64,000 nt of DNA from Camelus dromedarius (Eukaryota): the NCBI RefSeq assembly GCF_036321535.1, contig NC_087436.1:103542001-103606000 (forward strand), read 5' to 3'. The notes beneath the pieces were generated by a model. That model saw only the letters and a list, made by a program, of their open reading frames with translations, made no database searches and had not been told where the DNA came from. A program made the position numbers and the translations under genes. Shown piece by piece: positions 1 through 13,118 of this stretch; positions within the stretch are counted from its first letter, which is position 1, and every line of letters starts with the position of its first letter.

Positions 1-2340
1 TCAGGCTTCTTTTACTTGAAATAATACTTTTAAGATTTGTCCATGTTATTGCATGTATCAGTAGTTCGTATCTTTTGATTGCTCAATCATACTCCATTGT
101 ACGGATACAGCACAATTTTATCTCTTCATCAGTAGACATTTAAATTATTTCTGGTTTTGGACCATTATAAATAAAGTTGCAATAAAAATTAAGGTATAGG
201 TGTTTGTGCAGTCATGTATTTTTATTTCTATTGAATAAATACCTAGAAATGGGATTGTTGAGTCATAAATTGCACACTTAATAAGAAACTGACAAACTGG
301 TTTCCAAGTTGATTGTACCATCTTGTTTTCTCATCAACAATGTATGTGGGTCCCAGTTTGCTCTACATCCTTGTAGAAGCTTGGCTTTGTCATTTTTCTA
401 ACATTAACTATTCTAATAGATGTACACTGTGTTAGTTTCCTAGAGCTGCCATAACAAAATGTGAGTCTGGCTGGCTTAAACAACAGAAATGTATCTTCTC
501 GTAGTTCTGAAGGCTGAGAGTCCAAGATTAAAGTATCAGCAGGTTTGTTTTCTTATGAGGCCTCTCTCCTTGGCTTACAGATGGCTGCCTTCTTGTTGTG
601 ACCTCCTCTGCAGCATGCACACCCCAGGTGTCTCTTTGCATGTCCAAATGTCCTCTTCTTATAAGGACACCTGTAAGATTATATTAGGACCCAATCTAAC
701 AGCCTCATTTTAACTTTATTTTAACTTAATCAGCTCTTTAAAGGCCCTAGCTCCAAATACAATCACATTTTGAGTATTAGAGGTTATAGCTTTTAACACA
801 TGAATTATGAAGAAGGCACAACTCAGCCCGTAACAGACACTAACATCAGGCTGGTTTTAATTTCCAGTTCCCCGATGGATACCATTCTTGAGCATATTTG
901 CAAGTGCCTGCATGCTACCCATATATATTTTCTAGTGAACTGTGTATTCAAATCTAGTTTGTATTGATGTTTTTGTTCTGTTACTGATTTATAAGAATTT
1001 CTTATGTATTCTGGACAAAAGTATTTGATCCAATATGTGTTTGTTTTGCAAAAATAAGTATCTGTATCAGTGGTTTGTTTATAATCTTTGCATTATTGTC
1101 CAATGAATGGAAGTTCTTAATTTTCATGAAGTTCTATTATTTTTTTATAGCTGTTTTTAGTAAAGCTTAAAATTTTATGTGTAAACTCTTGCTTAGTCAC
1201 AAAAGTCTTTCTCCTACACTTTTTTAAAAGTTTTATAGTTTTTATAGTTTTAGGTTTTACATTTAAATCTGTGGTTCATTTTGAGCTTATTTTTGATGGG
1301 TCAAAGTTCATGTTTTACAAATGGATGTCCAATTGTTCATTTGTTGAAGATCTTTTTACTATTGAATTATCTTGACAACTTGGTCAAAAATCAATTAACT
1401 AACCATATATGTATGATTCTATGTCTGGAATCTATTCTATTTGTTACACTGACCTACATTATCTGTCCTTTTTCCAATAATACATTATTTTAATTATTGT
1501 ACCTTTCTAAGCCTTGAAAATCAAGTAGTGTGTCTTCCAATTGTGTTTATTTTTCAAAATTTAGTTGTTTTAAGTATTTCGCACTAATATATAAATTGTA
1601 AAATAAGCTTGTCAATTTCTATTTTTAAAAAGCCTGCTGGAATTTCGATTGACATTCTATTTAATAAGTAGATATATTTTAGAAGGATCAGTATCATAAC
1701 AGTCTTTCGAAACATGAGCATGTTATACCTATTCAACTTTTGTGTCTCCTTTGATTTTTACCAACAATATTTTCCAGTTTTTAGCATGCAGTTATTACCA
1801 TGTATTGTGTTCAATGTATCCCTAAGTACTTCATGGTTTTAATGCTGTTGTAATTGGCACTGATTTTATAATTTTAATTTCTACTTCTTCATTTCCAGTA
1901 GTTTACAGAAACACAATGGATTTCTATATGTTGACCTTATATCCTGAGACTATGATAAAACTACTTACAAGTTCTGCAGTTTATTTATACATTCTTTGGG
2001 ACTTCCTATTCAGAAATCATGCCATCAGTGAATAAAACTCATTTCATTTCTTCTTTTATATTCTGTATGCCTTTTACTTCTTTATCTTGCATTATTTTAT
2101 CATCCAAGACCTCCAGTTCAATACTGGAGTTCTAAGAGCAAAAATCTCTACCTTGTTTCCCGTCCAAGAGGGGAAGCAGTTAATCATTCTTTCACTATTA
2201 AGTATATTAACTAGTTGTTCTTCATGGATGTCATTTATCAAGTTGAAGACATTTTCTTCCATTTCTAGTTTGCTAACAGTTTTTATCACACATAGATGTT
2301 AGATCCTATCCAATTATTTTTCTTCACCTATTGAGATTCT
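1..2340 (-). mobile_element. Old L1 (L1MB/L1MC-like): 3' UTR and ORF2 3' region, interrupted by an MLT1 LTR at 428-835
   Basis: Reverse-complement L1 3' motifs (ccatgttattgcatgtatcagtagtt; aactggtttccaagttgattgtacca). ORF 2092-2289(-) MIKTVSKLEMEENVFNLINDIHEEQLVNILNSE resembles the L1 ORF2 RT segment [34 protein letters not shown]. Confidence 0.9.
428..835 (-). mobile_element. MLT1A/B-type MaLR solo LTR
   Basis: TG...CA ends (tgtgttagtttcc...cagcccgtaaca). Typical ggcttaaacaacagaaat and cttataaggacac blocks. 5-bp TSD tacac (423-427) / gacac (836-840). Confidence 0.9.
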
Positions 2341-2599
2341 ATCTGTGTATACAGATTTCTACATGATATCACTGTAGAAATTACAGCTTCCTGACTCTCC
2401 CTCAGGGTTAGATTTCTTTGTTTTGTTTTTTGGCTTCTATCTTTTCCCCAGCGACGATGGATTTTGGTGTCTTGGGATACAGTTTTCTATCCCTTTTCCA
2501 GAAGCAGGCAGACAGAGGAAAATAGATTTCTATTCCTTCCCCAGTGGCTTGCAGTTTTTATTTTATAGAAGGAAGGGATCTGGAAGCAGGTGGGCCTCT

Positions 2600-3095
2600 T
2601 TGTCTGCACCCCTCCTCTCTCAGGCACCAATTACTTCTTTCATGCCTGCTCTATGAAGAAGAGCTCTCTCTGTTCTGTCCTTAATCTTTAATGTGGTTTC
2701 CCAGAGGAAGTCTGTGGGGGATAAGCCTAAAAGTAATTATGAGCTTCCCTTCTGCTATTCAAAATGAAAACTAACCCACACTTGGTGTTTAAGAGTTCAT
2801 TAAAAATTTTAGTTGATTTCTTGTTACCCTTTTCTAAGGTGGACACATCTTTCTCTGTGCTCTGTCAAAGGTAAGATCATTTGTGGTCCCATCTCTCATT
2901 GGAGGGGAAGGTCACTCTTTGTACTTTGATTTCCTTACAATTTCAGTTTTCTGAAAGACTCAAGAAAACACTTGATTTTGTAGATTATCCATCTTTTTCT
3001 CATTGTTGTGGGAGCAATGTTTTTGTTTTTTGTTTTGTTGTTGTTGTTGTTTTTATTTATTTTATGCAATTTTCTACATCCTGAGCAGAAGTATA
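2600..3095 (-). mobile_element. Old L1M 5'-end fragment
   Basis: gattttgtagattatccatctttttctcattgttgtgggagcaatg...ttctacatcctgagcagaag resembles L1MC/L1MD 5' termini. Confidence 0.5.
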
Positions 3096-4129
3096 ACTTT
3101 CAACAACCTTTTAAAAGCTAGCTACATTATTGAAAAAAAAAATAATAAATCATTAACTTAACATTTTCATTTTAAGATTAAAAACTGAAGAGTGGAATAA
3201 AGTAAAATATTAATATGAAGAAGAGAATTTTAAAAACTCACATTGACATTCCAATCATGTCGAAAACAGCCATTAAGGAAATAAATAAACCATTAGTTTA
3301 AGAAAAGGCATAAAACATATAACCTACTATTTTGATACCCTCAATAATGAACTGATATTTAATTCTGACAAAAATTTAGGGTACACAGATAAGACATAAC
3401 AATGTGATTTCTCTTAACATTTTGTGATGGCATATGCATCAAACAATAAAAATAAACCTCCATCTCCATTGGGAAATATTTATTATAATATTTACTAAGT
3501 CCTAGGGCTTCAGATTTAAATTTCTTCTTAAGACATCTAGAGAATAAGTATGAAAATATGAAAGAAAAAAATTCCAAAAGATCTGAACCAAAATAAGATC
3601 AAGGCTTATTTCTGGGAATAGAAGAGTTATTTCTTACCTACTCTGATTTGTGATGTAAATAGCACTGTTGCATAACAAAATAAATAAATCCTCCTGCTGC
3701 ACTGTAACAAGTAAACAAAAACTATATCAAGGGATTTATCAAAAACTATAGACTTCCAATTCTAGAAAAGCACAGCCTACTTTTCTGTGAAGAAGTAGAT
3801 ATTCCTTGTGCATATTATACAAACAATATTTCATGCTGTGCAACAGTTTTGTCCCAATACTCTACAACTTTAAATTACGAAGGAACAAGAAAAAACAATG
3901 AATCAAACCTCAGGAAAACAATATTCATTGTAAACCAACTTCTATTTTACAAATTTTGAAGGAGGAATTTTAGTAATGTCTCATTTTCCCTAATTTATTG
4001 ATTAATCAAAATTTGTCTGTATTCTTGAAATCAAATTAGTTGCCTTGTTTTGTATTTATTTTGCAGATTTTAAATGTGTTACTTTAATCTAGCCTCCTTG
4101 CGTGTGCCTAAATTGTATATAACTAGAGA

Positions 4130-5658
4130 AAATTACAGAACCCTGCTGGCTGGTCTCACTTTAAATTTACAACAGATCCTAAGCAGGTCCTCAGCATTGC
4201 CCAGCTATGACATCATCTTGTGTTAATTTCATATTTTACTCTCTAGTCTCTGACATGATTTTTAACAACTTTTTCTTCTCAGGACTCTAATCTCTTACCC
4301 CTATTACTGATTATAAGCTTGTTTTTAAGAAAAATAGAAGTAGTTAGAAAAAATAGAAGTTAGAACATCAAGTGTACCAAACAGCCTAGATCTACATCCT
4401 TCTATTCTGCCTTCCATTTACCTCTTTCTGCTGAAGTGAGTCTACCTGACCCTGCTTCTAGCTAAGTCCAAGCCTTCCATTTGCACATGAATCCTTCCCA
4501 CTTGCCACAGGGACAGTGCCCCTGCAATTTTACCATACTTCCTAAATCATAATTTATTCCTATGTTCTGGACTATTTCCATCATCAGACAAACATGCTGT
4601 GATATCTCTCAGGTTAAAAATATAAACATGATTAATTTACTGAAATATCACTTTGCCCTGAAAGTAGTGTCCCATTTCTCCTGCTTGTATCATGGAAACT
4701 ACTCCCAAGATTCAGACTCCAATATCCAACCATCTATTTGTCTTTCCCATTAATATGCTATAGACATTCCAAACTCAACTTGTCAGTAAACTCTTGGTTT
4801 TTCTTGTTTCACATTTCAGTAAATCACATCATCATTTACTAATTACTTTGGCCAAATAATTAAGATTCAACTTTGATCCTGGTCTTTCTTTTATACTTCA
4901 TGTTCTATCTTCACACCTAGCAGCAAATTCTAGTTCTCCACCAACATTTGTCCTGACGGAATTTTTTTCATGACCTTCACTGTCAACATTCTAGGCCAAG
5001 CTATCATCATATCCTGCCTAAATTAATGCAATAGTTTACTTCCACACTTGTCTTTTTATTATTCACACAGAAGCCAGTGTTATTTTTAAAACATGAATTT
5101 AAAAAATGTATACTCTGCCCTGTGTACCCAAACAAACGACAATGGCTTTCAATTATACTTAGAATAAAATAAAAATTCCTTACTAAGTCTTAAGAGGGCA
5201 TTACTGTGCTATTTCACCTAAGTCATCTCCTCTGCCCTGTTCATTGTACCATGGACACACTAGTCTACTTGCTGTTTTTAAATACACCAAGATTGTTCAC
5301 ACCTTGGGGCTTTTGTACTTGTGTTCTCTTGGTCTAGAACACTTTTATTCCACATCTTCACATTTTTTGATTCTCCACTTCAATGAAGTCTCTGATCAAA
5401 TATCACTACCTTAGAAAGTTCTAGGATTACTTCACATAAGATAGTACACTTGAGTAACTCCCAGTTATACTCTGCTTTACTCCTTTGTAGGTGTCATCAC
5501 TCCCTGACACGGTATCCCATGTGTTTACTGTCAGTCCAACAATACGTGCTCCATGGAGAGAAGTACTTTCTTTGTCTTATACACCATTATATCATCATAA
5601 GCTAGGCTAGTGCCTGTAACAAGTTAGGTGTTCGTAACGACTTGTGGAATAAATGAAC
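4130..5658 (+). mobile_element. L2 LINE, degraded 3' portion
   Basis: L2 blocks ctaggccaagctatcatcat, cacacagaagccagtg and cttagaataaaat. 3' end tagtgcctg...gtggaataaatgaa. Confidence 0.8.
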
Positions 5659-5661
5659 TAT

Positions 5662-6121
5662 TGTATCAGTTTCTCAGGACTAACAAAATTACCACAAACT
5701 TAATGGCTTGAGATAACAGAAATTTACTCTCATAGTTCATGAGACCAAAAGTTTGAAATAATGGTGTCAGCAGGGTTGGTTCTTTCTTGGGGGTTCATTT
5801 GTCTCATGCCTCTCCCCTGGTTTCTGGTTGTTGCCAGTAGTCCTTGGTGTTCCTTGTTTTATAGACATCTCTCTAATCTCTCCCCCTCTATCCTCATACG
5901 GTGCTGTGTTTCGTCACATTGTCTTCCCCCCATGCGTGGGTCTGTGACCTATTTTCCTCTTATGAGTACACCAATCATTGGATTAAACCACACCCTAATC
6001 CTGGATGAACTCATCTTAATTACATATGCAAAAATCCTATTCTAAATAAGACCCAGATTCTGAGATTCTAGGTAGACGTGAATTTTGGCAAGGGAAGTGC
6101 GACATAATTTAATCCAGTACA
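5662..6121 (-). mobile_element. MLT1C/D-type MaLR solo LTR
   Basis: tgtatcagtttctcagg...aatccagtaca, with accacaaacttaatggctt and ggtgtcagcagggttgg blocks. 5-bp TSD actat (5657-5661) / attat (6122-6126). Confidence 0.88.
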
Positions 6122-6463
6122 ATTATTTGTATCAAATCATGAAGATTAAAAAAATTTTAATTCCTATCAGAGTAATTTCAGAATGTAACTTGGATGTTGT
6201 CTTATCCTTACTGAAAAATCCTGACAAGGAATGAGATTTCAGTGATCCTCTTATGTGCCTTTTCAACTCTCATTATTTAATTCAAATATTTGTTCTGTTA
6301 TTTAAAAATGTATTTTTGTGCATTTCTATATTACATATATTGTGCTAAGTAATGAAGACACATTAATTAGCAAGACAGAGATGGTCTCAGGAGACTGACG
6401 ATCTATTAGAGTGAGAGTGTTATTTTTTCTTCATGACATTTGCTATCACCTGAAGTTGTTAGC

Positions 6464-6700
6464 TGATATCAGTCAAGTCTGCGTTAGTAAATAGATGGCA
6501 CACTCCAATGGAGTATACGATGAGAGCTTAATAAAAGGACAATTTTAAAAGGTTAAAGGCAGGTTTTAGGATAGTGATCAAGAAATAATACAGTACCACA
6601 GGGATAGTAACAGCAGAGATCATTTACCATCCTTAGGCCTGAGGGGAAATGAGAGAAAGTGTGAAAAGGAAGGCTCCTTGATAGTATCTCTGTATCTAGA
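6464..6700 (-). mobile_element. Old ERVL-class LTR fragment
   Basis: atcagtca...agatggcacactc...ttaataaaaggacaattt...ttaccatccttaggcctga matches an ancient eutherian LTR pattern. Family not assigned. Confidence 0.55.
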
Positions 6701-8814
6701 AGACAGTTTCAGATTATAACCACAGTTCTATATGCTTAGTTTTTAGAAAGTATCTGAGTTATTGTGGACAATTTTCTATTTTTATTTTACAGTACCTAAG
6801 CTTTTTAAATGCTTTGAGGAAACAGTGTATAACAAAAAGTAGAACTAGTGAATAACCCACTTATGAATATCTTTTTGTTACGTATAATAGAAAAGAAGCA
6901 TCTTGAACATGGATTTGTTAAATCATCTCTGAGCAATATGCATCAAGACATTTTCATTGTGATGGCAGGAGAGAGCAGGAGGAAGTGCAAGGGAAGGGAT
7001 GTATGCAGCTGTGTTCATGCTTACATTTTGATTATAACCACTGGTGTATGTGTGAATTTCTTTTGGGCATAGTATATGAATAGACTTTGAAGTAATTAAA
7101 TGGCAACATATCTCTTGCTAGTATTTTAATAGTATAAATTTTAGAATTATCTAGAAGATTATGCTTATTGGACTACAATGCTCTGTCTCTTTTTCAGTTG
7201 CACATTAAAATGGGATTTTAGTATTTACTTGGCCAAAATCTATCCAGGGGTCCACTATCATTTTGTCTTTTAAGCAAGTTTTTTTGGCACACAAAGGCTG
7301 AATTACAGTTCTTTTCTGATTGTTATAGTGTAGTATATTCTTGATAATCAAACTATTCAACATTTTGGGACTTTGAAGTGGTAAATATTCGTGATGTGAA
7401 AAAAAGTCATGATATACACTGTACTACTATCACATAAAAATGTATCCTTCACTGTGTATTATGTACACACACCAAAACACTGTTTGCAAATATGGAGGTA
7501 CCAGCGGGGAGTATAAGGATACATCGAAATACAGACAGCTTGTAATCATGGGTGATCTTGTATTCTGGCTTCTTGTGCCTCTCAGTTTTCCATAATATGC
7601 ATGGATACTTTTAAAAGTTTGGGGGAAAATTATTATTAAAGAAAGTCAATATAAGGAGTGTTTAAGACAAATGAGTAGGCTCTTGAGGGAGTATAATAAT
7701 ACAGACTGCAGGGGGAAGTTGGGATAAATTAAGTATTTTTGGTTCAACATGGTGGCTAACTATGGCATGGGAATATCACAAATAGAAAACGAGATACGAC
7801 ACATTTGAAACTGTAGTTATTGTGTATGTTCTAAAATTGTTGCCACCTCTTCCCACAATCTTGCTGAAGATGGACCTCCCAAATTCCATCCCTAACCACC
7901 CCATACATTGTCAGCTGAAGAGTAGCTCATTAGGCTCATTGCCAACATTCCCAACGCATCACTTCAATGTAAGTAGAAAATTTTCATGGCAGTGTGGGAG
8001 CAAGCTTCATCACTGTGCCAGTTAAAGCACTTGGGCCTGGGTCTGCCTCAAGCACAGGGTTTGAAATTCCCGTGCCTATTTCTTCCACGCAGCTGTGTCT
8101 CATCCTATGGTGCCCTGGCTATGGTGCCACTCTTCAAAAGGTGACATTGCACAGAAGAGAACTGAGGCTCCAGTGCCAGATCACGTGGGCTTAAATATGC
8201 CAAATGAATGTGTGTATATGTATACACACATATATATGTATATATAGTACAATATTCTAGAACAAAGATTATTTACATATAGAGAGATATAATAATTCTA
8301 GAACAAAGATTGTAAACCCTGTAAGTGACATTTGGTCAAAAGAGCCCTGGTATGCAGACATTATTTATGTGGCCATTTCCAACAAAGCTTTATGATAAAG
8401 TGATTATTAGTCTTTCTTTCTCTTAGTTCGATAACATAAAGAGCACTTCCACATATGTTTTCACATTTGACAATGGCAGCCACTCTGTAACATAAACATG
8501 TTAGGCACTGCTTTGCACTTCTGGTTTACAGAGCAGGGATACTGCAAAAGCTAATTATGGGTAGAAATGCATTCCCCGTCTCTTAGAACAGCGTTCTTTA
8601 ATACAATCATTTTTCTCCTTTATTTTCCTTCTGAGAGTAACTGCTAAGTACCAACATATGTACAAACACTGTCCCCTCAGAGACCCAAATCAGACATCGG
8701 CAGTCCTTCCTCAAGCTCCTTCCTCCCCAACCCTCCGAGTAGCTCTAAAGAAAATTATGTCAGTTTACCCAAGATATCAAGTAATAGAAAATCTATCTGC
8801 CACCCATAGCCTAG

Positions 8815-8935
8815 ATGAGGTGCTGGCAAACATTTTCTGAAAAGAGCCAGTTAGTAAATATTTTTGAATTTGCAGTTAAAACTATTCAGTTCTGCCTTTG
8901 CAGTGTGAAAGCAGCCACGGGTGATAATGTGAATG
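8815..8935. mobile_element. MER58-like hAT-Charlie MITE fragment
   Basis: ggcaaacattttctgaaaagagccagttagtaaatattttt...aactattcagttctgcc...gtgtgaaagcagcca. Confidence 0.75.
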
Positions 8936-9819
8936 AGCAGAGGAATCAGCAAGGCCAGGAGTCAGACATGGGTTCCTGTGTTTCGGAGGAAACTTTCCAA
9001 AACCGATACTCCATGATTCTATCTACCTGCTAAAAGATACAAAACTTGCACAACAGGCCTCTTTTTGGCACATCACTGCCAGAGTGGTAAGAACTGCTCA
9101 GAGTACAGCTTTTCATTTTTGAGAGTTTAAATGATGTGAAATCATTTACAAATTATGCTTTGCAAGTAAGAGAAATCTAAAAATCAAACTGGCTTAAATA
9201 ATAAAGAAAACCGCCTGGTTGAACAGACCAGAGGTAGATACGTCTAATTTCAAGCTAGGATGAATACAAGAATAAAAGAATTGCTGCCAAATAAATAAAT
9301 AAAGCAAATAAAGAATTAAATCAGAAAGGAATAATATTAATTGCCAAAATATGTGACGGCCACAAAAGAGAAATCTATCCACTAAACACATACCACAATG
9401 AAGGAAACATGTAAGCACTCTACTGCTATTACATTTATTCTGGTCAAGCCTTTTTTCATTCAGAAATATGTCTACACAGCCAAACCGTTTGGCTGAACTG
9501 TCTGCCACCATGTCGCTTCAAATATTTCTAGGCAAATAGGATTAAAACGTTCTATATTATTTATCCATCAATGCAAGAGTGATCAACTTAGTAATAATCC
9601 CTGGTTTTCAATTCTTTTAAAAGTCTAACATTTTGGTAGACTGTGTATTGCCATGGAAAAGCATTCATGATACAATTCCAAGTCTAAATAACAAGACAGA
9701 ATAATAAAATATCCTCCCAATTTTGTATGTGTATGTACGTATCTATAGGGAGACAAAGAGACAAATGCAAATACAAATTGATTTCTTTCACATGTATCCT
9801 CCCTCCCCCTAAAAAAGCA

Positions 9820-10345
9820 CCCTGGTCTTCTAGTGGGAAATTCACTTCTTCCCTATTATAAAGAACGGGGCCTCAGAGGGGTGAAATCCTAGGGCTAGAT
9901 CCTGACTGGCTTAGCAAACCCCATTCCTCAGTTCAAAATATTTCTTTCGTAAATGGTCATTTAGATTATAACGAGGTGAGAGAAAATGTTTATTGAGATT
10001 TCTGGACATAAAGGAGGTTTCTGCTTTTGTTGCCTTGATTTTTATTGCTGTTTATTTGTGTTACAGTGTTACCTTAAGAAACTCTTGCACTTGACTTACA
10101 CAGGAAAGCATGAAGGCTCAGAAAAGAATAGCATATGTTCTCCCAAAATAAAGGTAGTCCTGTCATATAGAAACAAAGCTAACAAGTGGAGATAGAAAAG
10201 CAGAGCTCCTGCCACAGATTCTTCTATCCTTGAATCAATCCAAACCTGAAATTCAACAGATCTCTTATTCAGTTCAGTTGATAAGCCAGGCAATTTTCTT
10301 TATTATTTAAGCAAGTTTAATTTTGGGTTTTTTGTTACTTGCAAA
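9820..10345 (+). mobile_element. Old MLT1 (J/K/L-type) LTR
   Basis: 3' block ttattatttaagcaagtttaattttgggttttttgttacttgcaa, and ttgaatcaatccaaacctgaa. Confidence 0.6.
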
Positions 10346-11398
10346 GTATGATTTGTGAAAATTCACTTAATTTACATTCTTAGAATACTAATGACAACAC
10401 TGTGCCAATAAGTCCACATGGATTTTTGGTGAGTATTTGATTGTTCTGTGAAGTATGGCTCTTATTCCACGTAGGAAATGCAATGTAAAAACATCTGTTT
10501 CCCTGGATTTCCTGAGCGTATGTACGTTTCAGACCAATTACTGCAACTGAATTATTTTACCATAGGCTGCAGTTGTGTTTGTTTAAAAGCATAAATACCA
10601 AGGTAGAGCTATTCTAGTACTGATGTAGGTTTTTTTATAAGGCTGTAAACTTCATCTTTCTTAAATAATAAGAGTGTATGTCAGTCTCTGTGAGGTCTTC
10701 AATAAAATCAACGCCTTCAAATTATTTTGAAGCGCAGGAAGCTTTGAATTTATGAAATATTTATGAGAAATCACATCATGTCTACAGTGGTTCTCAGCTG
10801 TGACTACAGCATATGGTTTATAAATTGAAACAGGTGTGGGAAAACAGGTGGTCGCAGCCAAGCCAGGGAAGGACTGGAATTTATTGTGGGGAAGCAACAT
10901 GATAAAATACCACCATTGGCACTGAAGGCAACTGGCTGACTTGATGGCAGAACCTAAAAGATGTTCACAGGGGCAAATACATACAACAGCACTTGAGATG
11001 AAAGTATTCACCTACTTCCATCCCACATATGGAAGCTGGGAAGCAATCAGTGTCATTTCCCACGGTGAGTGAATGCATGTGAATCTTCATTTGAAACTGA
11101 GTACTATGCAACTCAATTGCAGTAAGAGAAAAAAAGAACAGACTCTTCCTCTTACTTCTTTTACTACAACTCTAGTTCAAAGGCTAGAGGCACTTTCACC
11201 TGTGTTATCTACACTGTTTCTAAGGATAACACCACACATGCTGTCTTGTTTCCACAAACTCCAAGAATCAGAAAAGTACTCCCCTTTTCTTGGGGGAGGT
11301 GGGTATAATGATCTCCTGTTATTTCAGCAAATACCTTTAAATTAAGTCATCTTAAAATGCCATGTTGTCTACAGAATAAAGGTAACAGAAGATAGTGT

Positions 11399-12015
11399 TG
11401 TTAGGCAGTTAGATAGAAATGAGCACTGGGCAGGGGGAGAGGGACGGGGAGGGGGAGAGGAAAGGAACAACCCAGAAAATAACAGTACGTCTGCACTCAG
11501 GATAAGGGACTCCAGAAACTTACTTTTTCTAAATGAGGGCCAGCAAAAGAAGCCAGCTAAAATCAAAACGCTGCAGCTGCGCATAAGAGAAGGACTCAGA
11601 GTAACTTTACCCAGTGCTAATTATAATATAATTAACATTACATTTTGAGCCCCCTCCGGTGGGTTTCTCTGTGTGCTTCATGGGTAAGAACCTGCCCAGA
11701 AGGGCATGCCAGAGCACAAGGAACCTGAGCTGTCAACCAGCCTGAGAACTCAAAGAACCTGAGCCATTAATCAATCAACTACAAAAAAACGCCCCTAAGC
11801 CAGGATATAAGATGGAAAAACAAAGGAGCGGTGCCATTTTTCCTCTCTTAGATTGGCCCGCTCCCAATTCTTGGAAGTGTACTATCTTTTACTTCTTTTT
11901 TACTTTACTAATAAAACTCTTTGCTTATATCATGCTTATTGTCCCTCGTTAAAAAAAAAATTTTTCTGGGTGACTAAGAACCGAGGTAATTCTTATTTCC
12001 CTCTTCCCAGTAACA
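11399..12015 (+). mobile_element. ERV1-type solo LTR (lineage-specific; related to 45514-46057)
   Basis: tgttaggcagttagatag...cccagtaaca. TATA-like gatataag near 11803, AATAAA at 11910-11915. The internal block aligns by eye with the reverse complement of 45790-45865. No TSD. Confidence 0.85.
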
Positions 12016-12469
12016 CTTATTAGTGATTTTTAAACCTCCTACCGACCCCATTGCCAAGCACCTTAGTCTACGTTCAGTCAGAGACTGGTAGATTACTAAA
12101 GGAAAGGAATGGAAACACAAGAGCTAAGAGCAGCGTTTCTGGTTTATTCTGGAATGAGAATCTATACTTACATTTACATATCAACTTCTGCCATCTTCCA
12201 GAGACTCACAAAGTTTCAAATAAAATATTTCATGTAATTATATTTTTAAAAGCTCCATATAAAACCTAGAGAGAAACTCACCTTCCCTTTCCTGTTCTAT
12301 CCACACTCCCATATGTACTCAACTGAGAGCGGAGGCCCCCGCCTCAAAGAGCTGAGCAGAGCCTCAGGTAAACTGAACTACCCTCCTCTAATTCTCCGAG
12401 GTTCTTTCTACAACTACCTAGCTTGTCTTAATGTAACTAGGAAGGTTAACTTTTAGAAAAGAAAACAAG

Positions 12470-12780
12470 GCAGAGCGAAAAAACAAAGGGCTTTGTCATC
12501 ACACGACTTACCCAAGGAAAAGCAGACGTAGCGGGCGCTCCACGCCAAGCTCACCTCCCGGGCCCAGGCACGCACGCATATACGCAATGACGCACGCACG
12601 TACGCACCTATGCACGCACGTAGGCACGCACCTAGGAACGCAGACACGCACAGCTACACGTGTGTGTGCTTTGGAACTAAGCATCCCTCTTCCTGGCCGT
12701 AGGCGCGTTTGATTGCTGAGAGTTCTCAGGTGATTCCTGTTTCCCAACAATTGCCCCGCGGTTAAAGAGCGCCAGCTTCT
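12470..12780 (-). promoter_or_regulatory. Small CpG-rich island with degenerate (GCAC)n repeat; candidate promoter and first exon
   Basis: About 26 CpGs in ~300 bp of an otherwise CpG-poor window. Minus-strand donor GG|GTAAGT at 12511-12506. E-box CACGTG at 12657-12662. Confidence 0.5.
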
Positions 12781-13010
12781 TAAAGGGAACCCTCCCTTTT
12801 CATCAGCACCCCATGTCCAAAGCCGAGGCAACTCTTCAGAGCCCACCCAGTCTCGGAGCTCATCATAGCTGTGCTTCCAACGTAGCTTAAAGGTCTCCCT
12901 CTGCCCATTCCTGTACCCTTCACTTTGTCACACAGTATTGATCCCAAGGGTACTACCGGGTAAGCTTCCTGTACACAAATCTCAGGGGCTGGAAAACACA
13001 ATCTGCAATA
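12647..13010 (+). mobile_element. LTR16-family 5' LTR of an ERV-L provirus
   Basis: gctgagagttctcag...aattgcccc, ctccctctgccca...ttgatcccaag, ending caatctgcaata. Homologous to 16925-17215. The start position is tentative. Confidence 0.7.
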
Positions 13011-13118
13011 GGTAGAAGTAGTTCAAGGAAGCCGACTGGCTCACCTAATAGCAGCAGGCAGAGCACTGATATCTCTTGGCATGCAGCGACTGAAATTTCT
13101 TAAAACTTTTACTGTTAG

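Noticed and set aside
8254..8311. 17-bp direct repeat attctagaacaaagatt with a 24-bp spacer (CRISPR- or TSD-like)
   Set aside because: Only two copies, beside a TA microsatellite; local slippage duplication is sufficient.
12453..12846. ORFs over the GCAC repeat
   Set aside because: Low-complexity Ala/Cys/Val/Arg translations of a simple repeat and LTR sequence.
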